48,436 bases of DNA from an uncultured Candidatus Saccharibacteria bacterium (GTDB lineage: Bacteria > Patescibacteriota > Minisyncoccia > UBA6257 > 2-01-FULL-56-20), in the NCBI GenBank assembly GCA_964483915.1, contig CAZADL010000004.1, forward strand, positions 1 to 48,436, in the 5' to 3' direction. Shown here one piece after another: positions 18,090 through 28,504 of the stretch. How positions within the stretch are numbered: position 1 is the first letter of the stretch; every line of letters starts with the position of its first letter. A program made the translations under genes and the position numbers. The notes beneath the pieces were generated by a model. It had not been told where the DNA came from, made no database searches, and worked only from the letters and a program-made list of their open reading frames with translations.

Positions 18090-19112
18090 ATGAAATCCCA
18101 CTTTTACTACAAAGAAAAAAAACAAGTCGTACCTGTTTTAGATGTGGAAAAAGATAAGCAGGCAAAAAAGAAACTTGATCACATACTCAAGACCAAAAAA
18201 GAATTAATACCAGATCGTTTCATCGAGCGCTGGTCAGAGGTCGCTTTGTACAACCCGGGCGGTGATGTTGAAAAAGCCAACGCTATTTTGATTAATCCGG
18301 AAGACGGTGCTTATGATTTATCTAATCCGCTCAATGACATGACCGGAAAGGAGTGGGTAAAATTCAGTTGCAGTTGGTTCATCTTTAACGCTCTGCAAAA
18401 AGACTTAAAAGAAGAACGAGAAATATCACCGAATACCCAAGATCACCCGGCGACATTTTCGCCAACCATGATCGAAGGGTTTGTACAATTTTTTACAAAA
18501 AAAGGAGAGAATGTACTCGATCCTTTCTGCGGCATTGGAAGCACGATGGTCGCCTGTAAACGAACAGGTAGGGTCGGCTATGGCATTGAGCTTAATAAAA
18601 AATACTACGATCTGTCACTCAAGCGAACTCCGGAATTTAAGAAGACCATTTTTAACGAGAATGCGGCCAACATCAAAAAATTAAATCTCCCGAAGATTGC
18701 TTTTTCGATATCCTCGCCTCCATACTGGGATATGTTGAATAGAAGCACTAAAGATTTCAAAAAAGACAGGACTAAAGACGGCTTTGATGTTAACTATTCT
18801 GAGGCCGAAGAAGACTTGGGCAACATCGATAACTACGATCTCTTTTTAGAGAAATTGGCGAACATCTATTTCGATATCTTTGATCTGCTCAAGGACGGAG
18901 GTTATCTCGTTGTGATCGTGAAGAATCTAAAGAAGGAGGGTAGAATGTACCCATTAGCGTGGGATTTGGCCCGGATTCTTTCAAAGAAATATACACTTAA
19001 GGACGAGAAGCTTTGGATACAGGATAAAGTCGGACTTGCCCCTTATGGATATCCGGCCGCTTGGGCAAGCAACATTCTGCACCACTACTGCTTAATCTTC
19101 CAAAAGAAATAA
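18090..19112 (+). CDS. Amino-DNA methyltransferase (likely N4-cytosine), R-M M1
   Basis: HPATF, DPFCGIGST, then SPPY. Confidence 0.85.
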   Translation: MKSHFYYKEKKQVVPVLDVEKDKQAKKKLDHILKTKKELIPDRFIERWSEVALYNPGGDVEKANAILINPEDGAYDLSNPLNDMTGKEWVKFSCSWFIFNALQKDLKEEREISPNTQDHPATFSPTMIEGFVQFFTKKGENVLDPFCGIGSTMVACKRTGRVGYGIELNKKYYDLSLKRTPEFKKTIFNENAANIKKLNLPKIAFSISSPPYWDMLNRSTKDFKKDRTKDGFDVNYSEAEEDLGNIDNYDLFLEKLANIYFDIFDLLKDGGYLVVIVKNLKKEGRMYPLAWDLARILSKKYTLKDEKLWIQDKVGLAPYGYPAAWASNILHHYCLIFQKK

Positions 19113-19113
19113 A

Positions 19114-20733
19114 ATGTCGTTAACTTTACCAAAAATCGTAAATAATCTGATTGACGTCAACAGTATTGACCACGATCGCAGGTATTCCAAGCTAGCGAAG
19201 CTACATAAGTATTGGTCTCGCAAACCTTGGTTCGTGATCGATCAATACATCGACAAATATTCCAAAAAGGGGCATCTGGTTTTGGACCCGTTTTGCGGTA
19301 GCGGAATTATCGGATTACAGTCCGTTCTCGCTGGGAGGAAATTTATAGGCTACGACCTGAATCCATTCGCTGTTTTCCTCGCCCAGAATTCACTGGATAT
19401 CGATCACAACTCGGATTCCTTTGATGAGGAATTCAGCAAAATCGAAAAAATTGTCAGCGAAAAAATAATGAAGCTTTACAAGGTCAAGGATAAATACATC
19501 CTCTACACGATTTTGGGCAAGAAAAATAGCAAAGATTATAACGCTGTCATTGCCGATAAGAATTTTCGAAATAAAGATAAGGTTACACTCTCAAAAAACG
19601 ACCTTGAGCCAACGGTACGCTTCCTGAAAGATTTAAAATATCCGGACAAAGATTTCCCGAATAAATTTTACAAAGACCGCTTCTCTTATAAGGGTGTGAA
19701 GAAGGTGTCGGACATGTTCACCAAGCGCAACATCTTGTCTCTGGCTCTGCTCTACAACGCCATTCGTGATTTGCCGCTCAAGCACCGCAATTCGTTCATG
19801 CTGGCTTTCACCAACACCTTGCTTCATGTTAGCAAATTAAAAGCCGAGAATGTCCGTCCGCTTGGCGTGAACAATTTTTGGATTCCGGATGATTTCATTG
19901 AGGAGAATGTCTGGTGGAGATTCTCGGATAGGGTCAACAACGTAAAAATAGCCAAAGAAGTGGTGGCGGAAAAGGCTGTCCGAAACAAGATCGAGGATCG
20001 CGAGGCGAAAATCTACAACAAATCATCGCTCAAGATGATCGAGATCGAACCGGAGAGTGTGGACTATCTCATAACCGATCCGCCGTATGGGGACACGATC
20101 CAGTATTCAGAGCTTTCCTATATCTGGAACTGTTGGCTTGAGAAAGAGTTTGATATCGAAAAAGAGGTCATCATCAATCCGGTTCAGAACAAGGGTTTGA
20201 ATGAATATTCTATCCAGCTCGCATCTTTTATTACAGAGGTCAGAAGAGTTCTCAAAAAGGACGCCTACTTCACGCTCGCATTTCAAAACAAGGACTTGGA
20301 GATTTGGGTTAACTTGGCGGAATTGATCAGGGACAGTGGTATGGAACTCGTAGACATTTCATCCTATGACACGTTCGGTAGTCCTTATAACAAAAACTGG
20401 GCAAAATTTTCTCCCAAATCAGACTTTTATGTCACGTTCAAAAACTGCAAAAAAGAAATCAAAACTGGAAATAAAAAAATCGTCTCCGCGGAAGAGGTTG
20501 CTGATGAGATCACCAAATATTTGGGCGAGCACAACGGAAAGCTTTTTAATCTGAATAAGGGGTATGATCTTTTCATTGGCATGGTGATAATCAAAATTTT
20601 TGATGGAGTCCGGGTGCAAAACCACGAAAAGCTGGGCATCGAGCGTATTACCAGACTTTTTCAGGAGGCTGTTCAGAAAAGCGGCACGCGATTCGCACAA
20701 CAACAGGCATTATTTAATCTTGAACACATTTAA
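19114..20733 (+). CDS. Amino-DNA methyltransferase (likely N6-adenine), R-M M2
   Basis: HKYWSRKP, DPFCGSG, long TRD region, TDPPY. Confidence 0.85.
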   Translation: MSLTLPKIVNNLIDVNSIDHDRRYSKLAKLHKYWSRKPWFVIDQYIDKYSKKGHLVLDPFCGSGIIGLQSVLAGRKFIGYDLNPFAVFLAQNSLDIDHNSDSFDEEFSKIEKIVSEKIMKLYKVKDKYILYTILGKKNSKDYNAVIADKNFRNKDKVTLSKNDLEPTVRFLKDLKYPDKDFPNKFYKDRFSYKGVKKVSDMFTKRNILSLALLYNAIRDLPLKHRNSFMLAFTNTLLHVSKLKAENVRPLGVNNFWIPDDFIEENVWWRFSDRVNNVKIAKEVVAEKAVRNKIEDREAKIYNKSSLKMIEIEPESVDYLITDPPYGDTIQYSELSYIWNCWLEKEFDIEKEVIINPVQNKGLNEYSIQLASFITEVRRVLKKDAYFTLAFQNKDLEIWVNLAELIRDSGMELVDISSYDTFGSPYNKNWAKFSPKSDFYVTFKNCKKEIKTGNKKIVSAEEVADEITKYLGEHNGKLFNLNKGYDLFIGMVIIKIFDGVRVQNHEKLGIERITRLFQEAVQKSGTRFAQQQALFNLEHI

Positions 20734-20737
20734 ACAT

Positions 20738-21820
20738 ATGGAAATATACAAAAAAGATTTTTTCAAAATATTTAAAGCCAACTTCAGTTTTGAAATTGTT
20801 GAGACGGAACTAGGTGAGGCTATCAAAATGCCAGCCAAAGAAGCTTTTATTTATAGCAGTGTTACTGGTGCCGGATATCTTGAAAATCCGATCTATCCTT
20901 TTACTCCCAAGGGACTGATGAAGCTGTTCTATAATGCATTCAATTATAAGTTTGTTTCTGGAATTTTTGATAATGGAGTTTTGAAAAATACCCCATACAT
21001 TCTTTCCCGGGCGAAGCAGTATTTGTTTGAGGGAGACAAGTTTATTGTCCCGATGGAATTCGAGTCGGAAGAAAAATTGAACGAGATGCTTAAGGTAAAA
21101 TTCGACTCTCTCAAGAATCGGGAAAACTACATCATCCAAAGAATTGAGACGAGTAAACAAGGCAATGGAATGGAACCGTTCATGGAATATTTGGCTGGTG
21201 AATATTTCAGACATTTAGGCTTTATCGTTGAGAACCAGATACCGCTCGCTCATGCAATTGGCTCACCGGATTTTGCCGGTTATGGTCTCAGCGAAATAAT
21301 CACCAAAATAAGCAACTACGGTTATTTGCCGAGCGAGGGCTTCCACATGATTGAGCTTGCGCTTATTCGGAACTTCAAGGGTCAGGCGCAAACAGATCAT
21401 AGCCACGTCACGCATGATTTTATCGTAGGCGAAGCAAAGACCGGGACCGTAGTCATGACCAAACAATTGGAGAAATATCTCAATACCGGATTGTTTGATC
21501 AAGGGTTTGAAATTTGCCCGGCCAAAGCCAAGCCTTCAAAAGATTACTTTGGGTTGATCACTCTCGACGCTGACAACAAAATTAAGATCACACTACCTGA
21601 AGCCAAGTACGTTCCAAAAAATCCATTGTCCCGGGTGGAGTACACCGCTTGGCTTGGAAATTACATAAAGTTTTACCTGATTTCAAATTTTACAAACGAC
21701 GAGCTCAAGCAATTCCATCTCGACGTTAAAGGCGAAGAGATCAACAAAGAGTCGGACCTCGTCAGTTTTGTCCTTGGGTTGGAGACGGAGGACATATTAG
21801 AAAAAATTAAATCACTATAA
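20738..21820 (+). CDS. Putative PD-(D/E)XK restriction endonuclease subunit 1
   Basis: EYLAGEYF...GSPDF...VGEAKT; follows two MTases. Confidence 0.6.
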   Translation: MEIYKKDFFKIFKANFSFEIVETELGEAIKMPAKEAFIYSSVTGAGYLENPIYPFTPKGLMKLFYNAFNYKFVSGIFDNGVLKNTPYILSRAKQYLFEGDKFIVPMEFESEEKLNEMLKVKFDSLKNRENYIIQRIETSKQGNGMEPFMEYLAGEYFRHLGFIVENQIPLAHAIGSPDFAGYGLSEIITKISNYGYLPSEGFHMIELALIRNFKGQAQTDHSHVTHDFIVGEAKTGTVVMTKQLEKYLNTGLFDQGFEICPAKAKPSKDYFGLITLDADNKIKITLPEAKYVPKNPLSRVEYTAWLGNYIKFYLISNFTNDELKQFHLDVKGEEINKESDLVSFVLGLETEDILEKIKSL

Positions 21821-21821
21821 T

Positions 21822-22835
21822 ATGGCATACTCAAGCGACGAAATTATAAAAAGAGAAATCATTGACACCCTTGGGCACGAGACCAAAGGAATCAAACTTC
21901 GCATCTTTCCGCAGAGTAGTAATGAAGACCAGAAGCCTTTTTCGGAAGGCGGTCTTACTTTTGGGTTTGAGGGTGTTTCTTACGGCTCTTGTGATGCCGC
22001 TTGGTATGTGGATGAGAAATGGGTTGACGGACTGAATGGCAAAGAAATAAACAAGAAGCCAGTGATTGCACTGGAAGGCACTGACGCTTTGAGTAGAAAC
22101 TCGGCTGGCAATGCCCTATATCAAAGATTTCATCATGCGCTTGGCGGAGTAAAGAATGGCATTATTGGTGTTTATTATTTGAAGAAAGGAACGCAGAAAA
22201 TCCAGCCAGACCTTTTTGGCATGGCTTATTTCGCATCCAAAGTTGAGAAAGGAAAATATTTAATAACCGATGATCTTTTGGTCGTTAAGGATTTGCTGGA
22301 GTGTTATCACGATCCTGTGGCATTTAAAGCTTACGTCGATGTTTATTTGGAAAAGATGTACGAATTTTTCATAACCAAATTTAACGGCGCTTATGGTGGA
22401 GACTGGAAAAAGTTTGCGGAACAGCGGTCGACAATCATTCAGAATGGCTATGTTATCAAATACGCCGGACGAATGAGGAGGAATTTCACGGATGGATCGC
22501 AACGTGCCGGACACATCGCCGTGGGCGAGATGTTTCTAACAAAATATTATTTTTACGATAAAAAGTTTTACTATCTTTTTCCAAAGATGACGCATAAGGA
22601 TTTGGAAGTGCTTGATCACAGCAAGACCACAGACAAAGAGTGGTTTCTTTTGCGAAACGAACCCAACGTTGAAATAAAAACTATGGATGATATCGATGGG
22701 CTTGATGCGAAATGTCGGAAGGGACTTCTGAGCATACAGGATACTCCGCTTAAAGGTGACGCAATGCGTACTTTTAATAAGTGCATGAAGATTATCGTCG
22801 AGGGTTTCAAGTCGGGCAACCTGAAACTGAAATAA
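21822..22835 (+). CDS. Putative restriction endonuclease subunit 2
   Basis: CDAAW...IALEGT motif; closely coupled to subunit 1. Confidence 0.5.
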   Translation: MAYSSDEIIKREIIDTLGHETKGIKLRIFPQSSNEDQKPFSEGGLTFGFEGVSYGSCDAAWYVDEKWVDGLNGKEINKKPVIALEGTDALSRNSAGNALYQRFHHALGGVKNGIIGVYYLKKGTQKIQPDLFGMAYFASKVEKGKYLITDDLLVVKDLLECYHDPVAFKAYVDVYLEKMYEFFITKFNGAYGGDWKKFAEQRSTIIQNGYVIKYAGRMRRNFTDGSQRAGHIAVGEMFLTKYYFYDKKFYYLFPKMTHKDLEVLDHSKTTDKEWFLLRNEPNVEIKTMDDIDGLDAKCRKGLLSIQDTPLKGDAMRTFNKCMKIIVEGFKSGNLKLK

Positions 22836-22840
22836 CCCTA

Positions 22841-22869
22841 TTCAAAAAAATTCAAAAAAACGCTATAAT
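22841..22869 (+). promoter_or_regulatory. Sigma70-type promoter
   Basis: TTCAAA-17-TATAAT upstream of the 22884 gene. Confidence 0.5.
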
Positions 22870-22883
22870 ATAAATAAGAATAT

Positions 22884-24290
22884 ATGGCAAAAGCGGTAGT
22901 AAAACCTAATTACGATCAATGGCCTCGGGAGAAAGTAAAAATCACCGATCTTTTTCTTGATTCGAAAAATATTCGGTTGGATGGTGCTGCGAATCTTTCG
23001 CAGGATGCGTTAATCAACGACCTATTTTCCAATGAAGACGCTATGCAGGTTTTGAAAAGCATAGCCGTTAACGGTTTCTTCCCCGACGAAATCCCTGTCA
23101 CGGTAAAAGAGGACAAGAAATTCACGGTTTTAGAAGGTAACAGGCGCGTGGCGGCCGTTAAGGCACTGTTGAGGCCAGAGATTGTTCCATCAAAAGAATC
23201 TGCGATCAAAGGGATATTAAAAACAGCTGTCGCAGTTTCAAATGAGCGTGAAGTGGTGGTGGCGCCAGACCGAGATTCGGCTATGGTTTTTTTGGCGAAT
23301 AAACACACGCTGAATACAAAGCGAAGATGGAGGCCGCTGAGACAGGCTTATTTCTACAGGGCTGAGCTCGATCGAGGCAAGACTGTCCAAAATTTAAGGG
23401 ATGATTATCCGACTGTCGATATTGGCAAATTTTTACGATTGTTGAATGTTCACAAAATAGCGAAATCCATCAAATACGAGTCGGAGACAATCGCTAAAAA
23501 GGTACATAATGAAAAAAGTTTTCCAGCGTCCACGATCGAGAGGTTGTACGAAGACAAGCAGGTAAGGGATTTTCTAGGCTTTGATTTTGACGGGGACGGA
23601 GAATTAAAAATTAATATTGATAAAAAAGAATTTGAAAAAGGATTTAAGAAGGTAGTCGAGGATGTTGTCGAAAAGAATGTGGATTCACGCGCGTTAAACG
23701 CCGAAAAAGACAGGAAAGCATATCTCGACAATTTTCCGAAATCGGATATACCAAGTAAAACCAAGGGAGACAAAGTCGTTACGAGCAAGGATTTTACTGA
23801 GGCTAGTTTGGCTTACACACACAAAAGGACAAAACTTGCTCCCAAAGATGTGAAGTTTTCGCTACAGGCCCCAGCAGTGAAAAGAATGCTGATTGAATTG
23901 CAGGCCATCGATTATCATAAATTCCCAAACGCCACGCATGATCTGCTTCGAAGCTTTCTAGAATGTGCTCTCAAGGCTTATTACGATCATTGCGGTAATT
24001 CGATAAAACCTGCTAAAGGCAAGAACTACGTCTTTCTCGATGACGTTTTGAAGGCTTTTAAGAGCGAGATGGATACCGACAAAAATACCCAGTTATCGCA
24101 GTTAACACAAAAAATAATCAGCAATGTGACAATGGTCTCATATTCCGCTCAGGCGATGAATGCGACGAACCACAACCCAAGTGTTTTTGCTACCGACAAG
24201 GAAGTCGAAGATGCGTGGGACACTATGGAAAAATTGTTCCGTTACATTCTTGATCCTAAGCCAAAACAAAATGCAAAAAATAACCCATAA
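22884..24290 (+). CDS. ParB/Srx-like N-terminal domain protein with HEPN-like C-terminus
   Basis: KNIRL and VLEGNRRVAAVK (ParB/Srx); LLRSFLECAL...MNATNHNP (HEPN-like). Confidence 0.6.
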   Translation: MAKAVVKPNYDQWPREKVKITDLFLDSKNIRLDGAANLSQDALINDLFSNEDAMQVLKSIAVNGFFPDEIPVTVKEDKKFTVLEGNRRVAAVKALLRPEIVPSKESAIKGILKTAVAVSNEREVVVAPDRDSAMVFLANKHTLNTKRRWRPLRQAYFYRAELDRGKTVQNLRDDYPTVDIGKFLRLLNVHKIAKSIKYESETIAKKVHNEKSFPASTIERLYEDKQVRDFLGFDFDGDGELKINIDKKEFEKGFKKVVEDVVEKNVDSRALNAEKDRKAYLDNFPKSDIPSKTKGDKVVTSKDFTEASLAYTHKRTKLAPKDVKFSLQAPAVKRMLIELQAIDYHKFPNATHDLLRSFLECALKAYYDHCGNSIKPAKGKNYVFLDDVLKAFKSEMDTDKNTQLSQLTQKIISNVTMVSYSAQAMNATNHNPSVFATDKEVEDAWDTMEKLFRYILDPKPKQNAKNNP

Positions 24291-25119
24291 AAGAAATCAA
24301 AAATTTCACTATAGTCCTCTAAGATATCCTGGAGGAAAAACTTTTCTGTTTCCATTTTTTGATAATGTGATCAAAGAGAATGGGCTCGAAAAAGTCACCT
24401 ATGTTGAACCTTTTGCTGGTGGTGCCGGTGCGGCCCTTGCTCTACTTTTTTTAGAAAAGGTTGACCACATAGTTATTAATGATCTTGATAAGGCAATCTA
24501 TTCATTTTGGCGCTCTGCGATCTTTGACTCAGCAAAGTTTATAAAAAAAATACATTCCACACGCGTTACGATAAAGGAGTGGAAAAAGCAGAAAGCAATC
24601 TATAGTAATCCTAGAGCGCCACGATTTGAGCGAGGTTTTGCCACCTTTTTTCTTAACAGGACAAATGTATCCGGTATCCTAGATGGTGGACCTATCGGCG
24701 GTATAAAACAAAAAGGTAATTATAAAATAGACGCCAGATTTAATAAGGAGAGTCTCGCCGAAAAGATTCACCAACTCTCTCTCTATAAAAACCGGATATC
24801 AGTTTTCAATAAGGACGGGCTTGATCTCATTAAGGACTACTTGAATAAAAAAAATACTTTTATATATCTTGATCCTCCATACTTTGAAAAGGGCGCGACT
24901 CTGTACTTGAACCACTACAAAAAAGACAATCATGAAGCTCTGGCAAACCAGCTCAATAAAAATGCTGATGCTTTTTGGCTACTGACCTACGATAATAAGA
25001 AAGAAATCAAATCTTTGTACCCTGACCGACGGATTATTAATTTCACCTTGAATTATAATGCGTACGAGTCTAGAAAAGGCAGAGAAGTTATGATCTTATC
25101 TGATGCATTAATTGGGTAG
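24271..25119 (+). CDS. Dam/D12-class N6-adenine DNA methyltransferase
   Basis: SPLRYPGGK, EPFAGGAG, INDLD, YLDPPY. Confidence 0.9.
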   Translation: MQKITHKRNQKFHYSPLRYPGGKTFLFPFFDNVIKENGLEKVTYVEPFAGGAGAALALLFLEKVDHIVINDLDKAIYSFWRSAIFDSAKFIKKIHSTRVTIKEWKKQKAIYSNPRAPRFERGFATFFLNRTNVSGILDGGPIGGIKQKGNYKIDARFNKESLAEKIHQLSLYKNRISVFNKDGLDLIKDYLNKKNTFIYLDPPYFEKGATLYLNHYKKDNHEALANQLNKNADAFWLLTYDNKKEIKSLYPDRRIINFTLNYNAYESRKGREVMILSDALIG

Positions 25120-25235
25120 CACGGAATATTTCGGTGACCGCGACGGGGAGTCAGATTGCGATATGCAAGTATAAATAGCCGGTAATATTTATGATACATT
25201 CTCCAAATAAAGCATTTTTCTGCTAAACTAGCTCA

Positions 25236-25355
25236 ACAATTGAATAAAGGCCTAAACCCGTTACCGGGCATGGTCGCAAAACCATCCAAGTTGTCCTCGC
25301 AAGGGATTTTTCTGTGCTTTCGCGCAGAAAGATGGTTTTGCGAGGATTTTATTTT
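25236..25355 (+). ncRNA. Putative structured small RNA, short form (homologous 5' end to the 29191 RNA)
   Basis: TGCTAAACT extended -10, then ACAATTGAAT...GCCTAAACC...GGCATGG...CCATCCAAG; 13-bp closing stem 25274-25286/25331-25343; T-rich tail. Confidence 0.55.
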
Positions 25356-25539
25356 TATTCGTGAATCCAATACCAGTGCTGGTTTTTAAGGTCTTGGCTC
25401 AGTTGATAAGTGTGGGCATGAGACAGCGCACCCAAATACGACTGAAGCGATTGGGACAAGGAATGCTTGTCGATTTCGTCCTAAATAGCGTATTTCTCTT
25501 TGGCCAGAGACCGTAATCTCCGGTTTTTTGATGGAGTTG

Positions 25540-25586
25540 TTGACAGGTCTAGCGGCACAGTGATAATATGAATGTAAATTCACATT
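25540..25586 (+). promoter_or_regulatory. ars promoter with candidate ArsR operator
   Basis: TTGACA at 25540-25545; TGATAATAT; imperfect inverted repeat AATATGAAT-GTAA-ATTCACATT. Confidence 0.6.
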
Positions 25587-25593
25587 TAATGTT

Positions 25594-25941
25594 ATGACCA
25601 AAGACGAAAACAAACTGCTCTCCTCTCTCAAGATACTTGCCGATCAAAGCAAGTATAAGATTATTCTTCACCTGATGAAGGGTGAGGAATGCGTCTGCGT
25701 TTTGGCGGATGAGTTGGGCTTGGAACAAACGCTTGTCTCTCATCATTTGAGAACCTTGCGGGAAGCCGGATTTATCCAGGACAGAAAGGTCGGTACGTGG
25801 ATACATTATTCGCTTAACAAAAAAATGTTTGAGGAGTTGGAAGTATTGAATCAGCAAATATTAAATCCTAAAAATATCTCCGACAAACCATGCTCATCGC
25901 ATGATGTTTGTCGGCAATTATCAAAAAACTATGAAAAGTAA
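25594..25941 (+). CDS. arsR: ArsR/SmtB metalloregulator
   Basis: EECVCVL As-binding motif, SHHLRTLREAG, RKVGTWIHY. Confidence 0.9.
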   Translation: MTKDENKLLSSLKILADQSKYKIILHLMKGEECVCVLADELGLEQTLVSHHLRTLREAGFIQDRKVGTWIHYSLNKKMFEELEVLNQQILNPKNISDKPCSSHDVCRQLSKNYEK

Positions 25942-26245
25942 AATTGTCATTTACGACCCGCCGATGTGCTGCTCGACCGGCGTCTGCGGTCCGAATCCCG
26001 ATCAAACTCTCATCAGCCTGCAGGACACATTGGACAAAGTGAAAGAGATGGGCGTGACGGTCGAACGCTATCTCATAACCCAAAGTCCGCAAAAATTCAG
26101 AGAAAACCCGGAGCTCATCAAGCTCATTCAGGAACGACAACTCAAAGCCCTACCGATCACGACCTACAATGATAAAATAGTCAAAACCGGTGCTTATCCA
26201 ACGCTGGAAGAATTTAAAAAAATCATAAGCAATAAAAAATTATGA
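25931..26245 (+). CDS. arsD: Arsenic metallochaperone ArsD
   Basis: YDPPMCCSTGVCGP; LPIT...GAYPT. Confidence 0.92.
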   Translation: MKSKIVIYDPPMCCSTGVCGPNPDQTLISLQDTLDKVKEMGVTVERYLITQSPQKFRENPELIKLIQERQLKALPITTYNDKIVKTGAYPTLEEFKKIISNKKL

Positions 26246-28089
26246 GCACAAAATTCTATTTTTTCTCCGGTAAGGGCGGAGTCGGCAAAACCACGATGGC
26301 CGCCTCAAGTGCGATGTACTTCGCCAGTCAGGGCAAAAAGACGCTCATCATCACAACCGACCCGGCCTCAAACTTGGCAGATGTCTTTGAGCAGAAAATC
26401 GGCAACAATGTCACACCAATCAACGGTACACCCAATCTGTTCGCGGTGGAGCTTGATCCAGATGTTGCCACTGCCGAATACAAGGAACGGACGCTCGCGC
26501 CTCTGCACGGTTTAATACCGGTTGAAAGTTTTCAGGTTTTGGAGGAACAGCTAAATTCTCCCTGCACGGCCGAGATGGCTGCCTTTGACCGCTTTACTGA
26601 TTTTCTGCAGGAGCCGGAATATGACGTGGTAATTTTTGATACCGCCCCAACCGGCCACACCCTACGGCTTTTGGAACTGCCGATGGAATGGAGTGGGGTT
26701 ATAGAAAGAGCGGCTAAAGAAGGAGACGGGGGTCAGACCTGCATCGGTCCGGCAGCTGCGCTCGCCGAATCCAAAGCGAAATTCGACCAGGCAATTGAGG
26801 CGATGCGCGACATTAAAAGAACCACTTTTGTATTTGTCCTGCGTCCGGAAGTGACGCCAATTTACGAAGCCGAGCGTTCAATCGCTGAACTCTTGAAGCT
26901 CAAGATAACTTCGCAGGAGCTTATCATCAATGGCATCTATCCCCAAAGCGCCTGCGACAATTCTTTTATGCTTGCCCGCTTTGCCAAACAGCAGGAATTT
27001 TTAGGACAGATCAAAACCAAGTTTTTAGTTCCTATCGTTTTAATGGAACTTGAGCCGAATGAAATAAAGGGCAAGGAAATACTACTTAAGACTGGCAAGA
27101 AACTCTATGAGCAGGCTGTTAAACTTAGCGAATACGAACCAGTTAAAGTCAGCATCGACCGTGAAAGTCTCAAGAAAAACTTAATTCCCGAAGCGAATGA
27201 AAAAATAAAAAATCTGCTTATTCCTCAAGACGGCAAACGGCGCACGATTTTCTTCGCCGGAAAAGGCGGCGTCGGCAAAACTTCGGTAGCGGCCGCAACC
27301 GGTCTTTGGGTGGCCGAACAGGGATATAAGACGCTGCTACTTACTACTGACCCCGCTTCGCATCTGAGCCAGATTTTTGAGCAGGACATATCTGACAAAC
27401 CCACAGCGATAACGAACGAAAAGAGTTTGTGGGCAGCTCGCATTGATGCGATGAAGGCCACCAACGAATATAAGGAAAGAATTCTTGCTGAGGCAAAACA
27501 GAAATACGATGATCAAAGAATTAAAGCAATAGAAGAAGAACTGGACTCTCCCTGCACCGAAGAAATGGCGACCTTTGAGAAATTTATTGACTTCGCTACC
27601 AGGAAAGACTTTGAAGTAATCGTGTTTGATACCGCCCCGACTGGCCACACTCTGCGCCTGTTGGAACTGCCAATCAGCTGGAGCAAGCAGATAGAAATCA
27701 AAACATTCACTTCGACCGGCGAAACTGAAATAGATAAAATCACCAAATCACGTTTTAAGGATGTGATCGATATGATACAGGATATTAATCAAACCACTTT
27801 CAGTTTTGTGATGTATCCGGAATCTACTCCTATAGAAGAGGCATCTCGAGCCATGGCAGAGCTCCTGACTATAGGGGTTCCCACGAGTCTGGTCGTGGCT
27901 AATTTCATCTTGCCTCCTGCAATTATCACCAACGACTATTTGAAACAAAGACAGGCTATGCAGGAAAAGTATTTGGCCGAGATGGACAGGCGCTTCACAG
28001 CCCCAATCGTTCAGCTGCCACTTTTGGTCGATGATTTGATCGGCAGAGAAAAATTAAAACAGGCAGGTTACGCAATTTATGGAAAATAA
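26242..28089 (+). CDS. arsA: Arsenite-stimulated ATPase ArsA
   Basis: Two GKGGVGKT and two DTAPTGHTLRLL motifs; SPCT twice; TCIGP. Confidence 0.95.
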   Translation: MSTKFYFFSGKGGVGKTTMAASSAMYFASQGKKTLIITTDPASNLADVFEQKIGNNVTPINGTPNLFAVELDPDVATAEYKERTLAPLHGLIPVESFQVLEEQLNSPCTAEMAAFDRFTDFLQEPEYDVVIFDTAPTGHTLRLLELPMEWSGVIERAAKEGDGGQTCIGPAAALAESKAKFDQAIEAMRDIKRTTFVFVLRPEVTPIYEAERSIAELLKLKITSQELIINGIYPQSACDNSFMLARFAKQQEFLGQIKTKFLVPIVLMELEPNEIKGKEILLKTGKKLYEQAVKLSEYEPVKVSIDRESLKKNLIPEANEKIKNLLIPQDGKRRTIFFAGKGGVGKTSVAAATGLWVAEQGYKTLLLTTDPASHLSQIFEQDISDKPTAITNEKSLWAARIDAMKATNEYKERILAEAKQKYDDQRIKAIEEELDSPCTEEMATFEKFIDFATRKDFEVIVFDTAPTGHTLRLLELPISWSKQIEIKTFTSTGETEIDKITKSRFKDVIDMIQDINQTTFSFVMYPESTPIEEASRAMAELLTIGVPTSLVVANFILPPAIITNDYLKQRQAMQEKYLAEMDRRFTAPIVQLPLLVDDLIGREKLKQAGYAIYGK

Positions 28090-28102
28090 ATTTAACAAAC
28101 CT

Positions 28103-28504
28103 ATGAAAAAAATTTTATTCGTCTGCGCGGAGAATGCCGGTCGATCACAGATGGCCGAGGCGTTCTTCAATGAGCATGCCAAAGAGAAAGGCCTTGATTG
28201 GGTTGCGGAAAGCGCCGGAACCATTCCGGCAAAAGAAGTGAATCCGGCAGTCATTGAGACGATGCAAGAGAAAAATATCGACCTTGCAGGAGCTAAACCG
28301 AAGCGATTTGCGCCTGAAAAAATTGCGGAATACGAAAAGGTCGTTTCCTTCGGCTGTTTGGTAAAAGCCGCTTTCAGTCCCGATATCCAAAACCGAATTG
28401 AGGAATGGCAGATTGACGATCCGCAAGGAAAATCGCCAGGAGAAGTAGATGTCATAAGAGATATAGTCGAACAAAAAATAATAAATTTAATTAATACGCT
28501 ATGA
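28103..28504 (+). CDS. arsC: LMW-PTPase-fold arsenate reductase
   Basis: ILFVCAENAGRSQMAEAF P-loop, SAGT, WQIDDP; alternative start at 28079. Confidence 0.8.
   Translation: MKKILFVCAENAGRSQMAEAFFNEHAKEKGLDWVAESAGTIPAKEVNPAVIETMQEKNIDLAGAKPKRFAPEKIAEYEKVVSFGCLVKAAFSPDIQNRIEEWQIDDPQGKSPGEVDVIRDIVEQKIINLINTL

Noticed and set aside
25249-25273. c-di-GMP-I riboswitch (GGCCTAAACC resembles its P3), also at ~29202
   Set aside because: The upstream GGCAAA/GNRA P2 and GCAAA junction are missing and no ORF follows, so it is kept only as a tetraloop-receptor-like motif.
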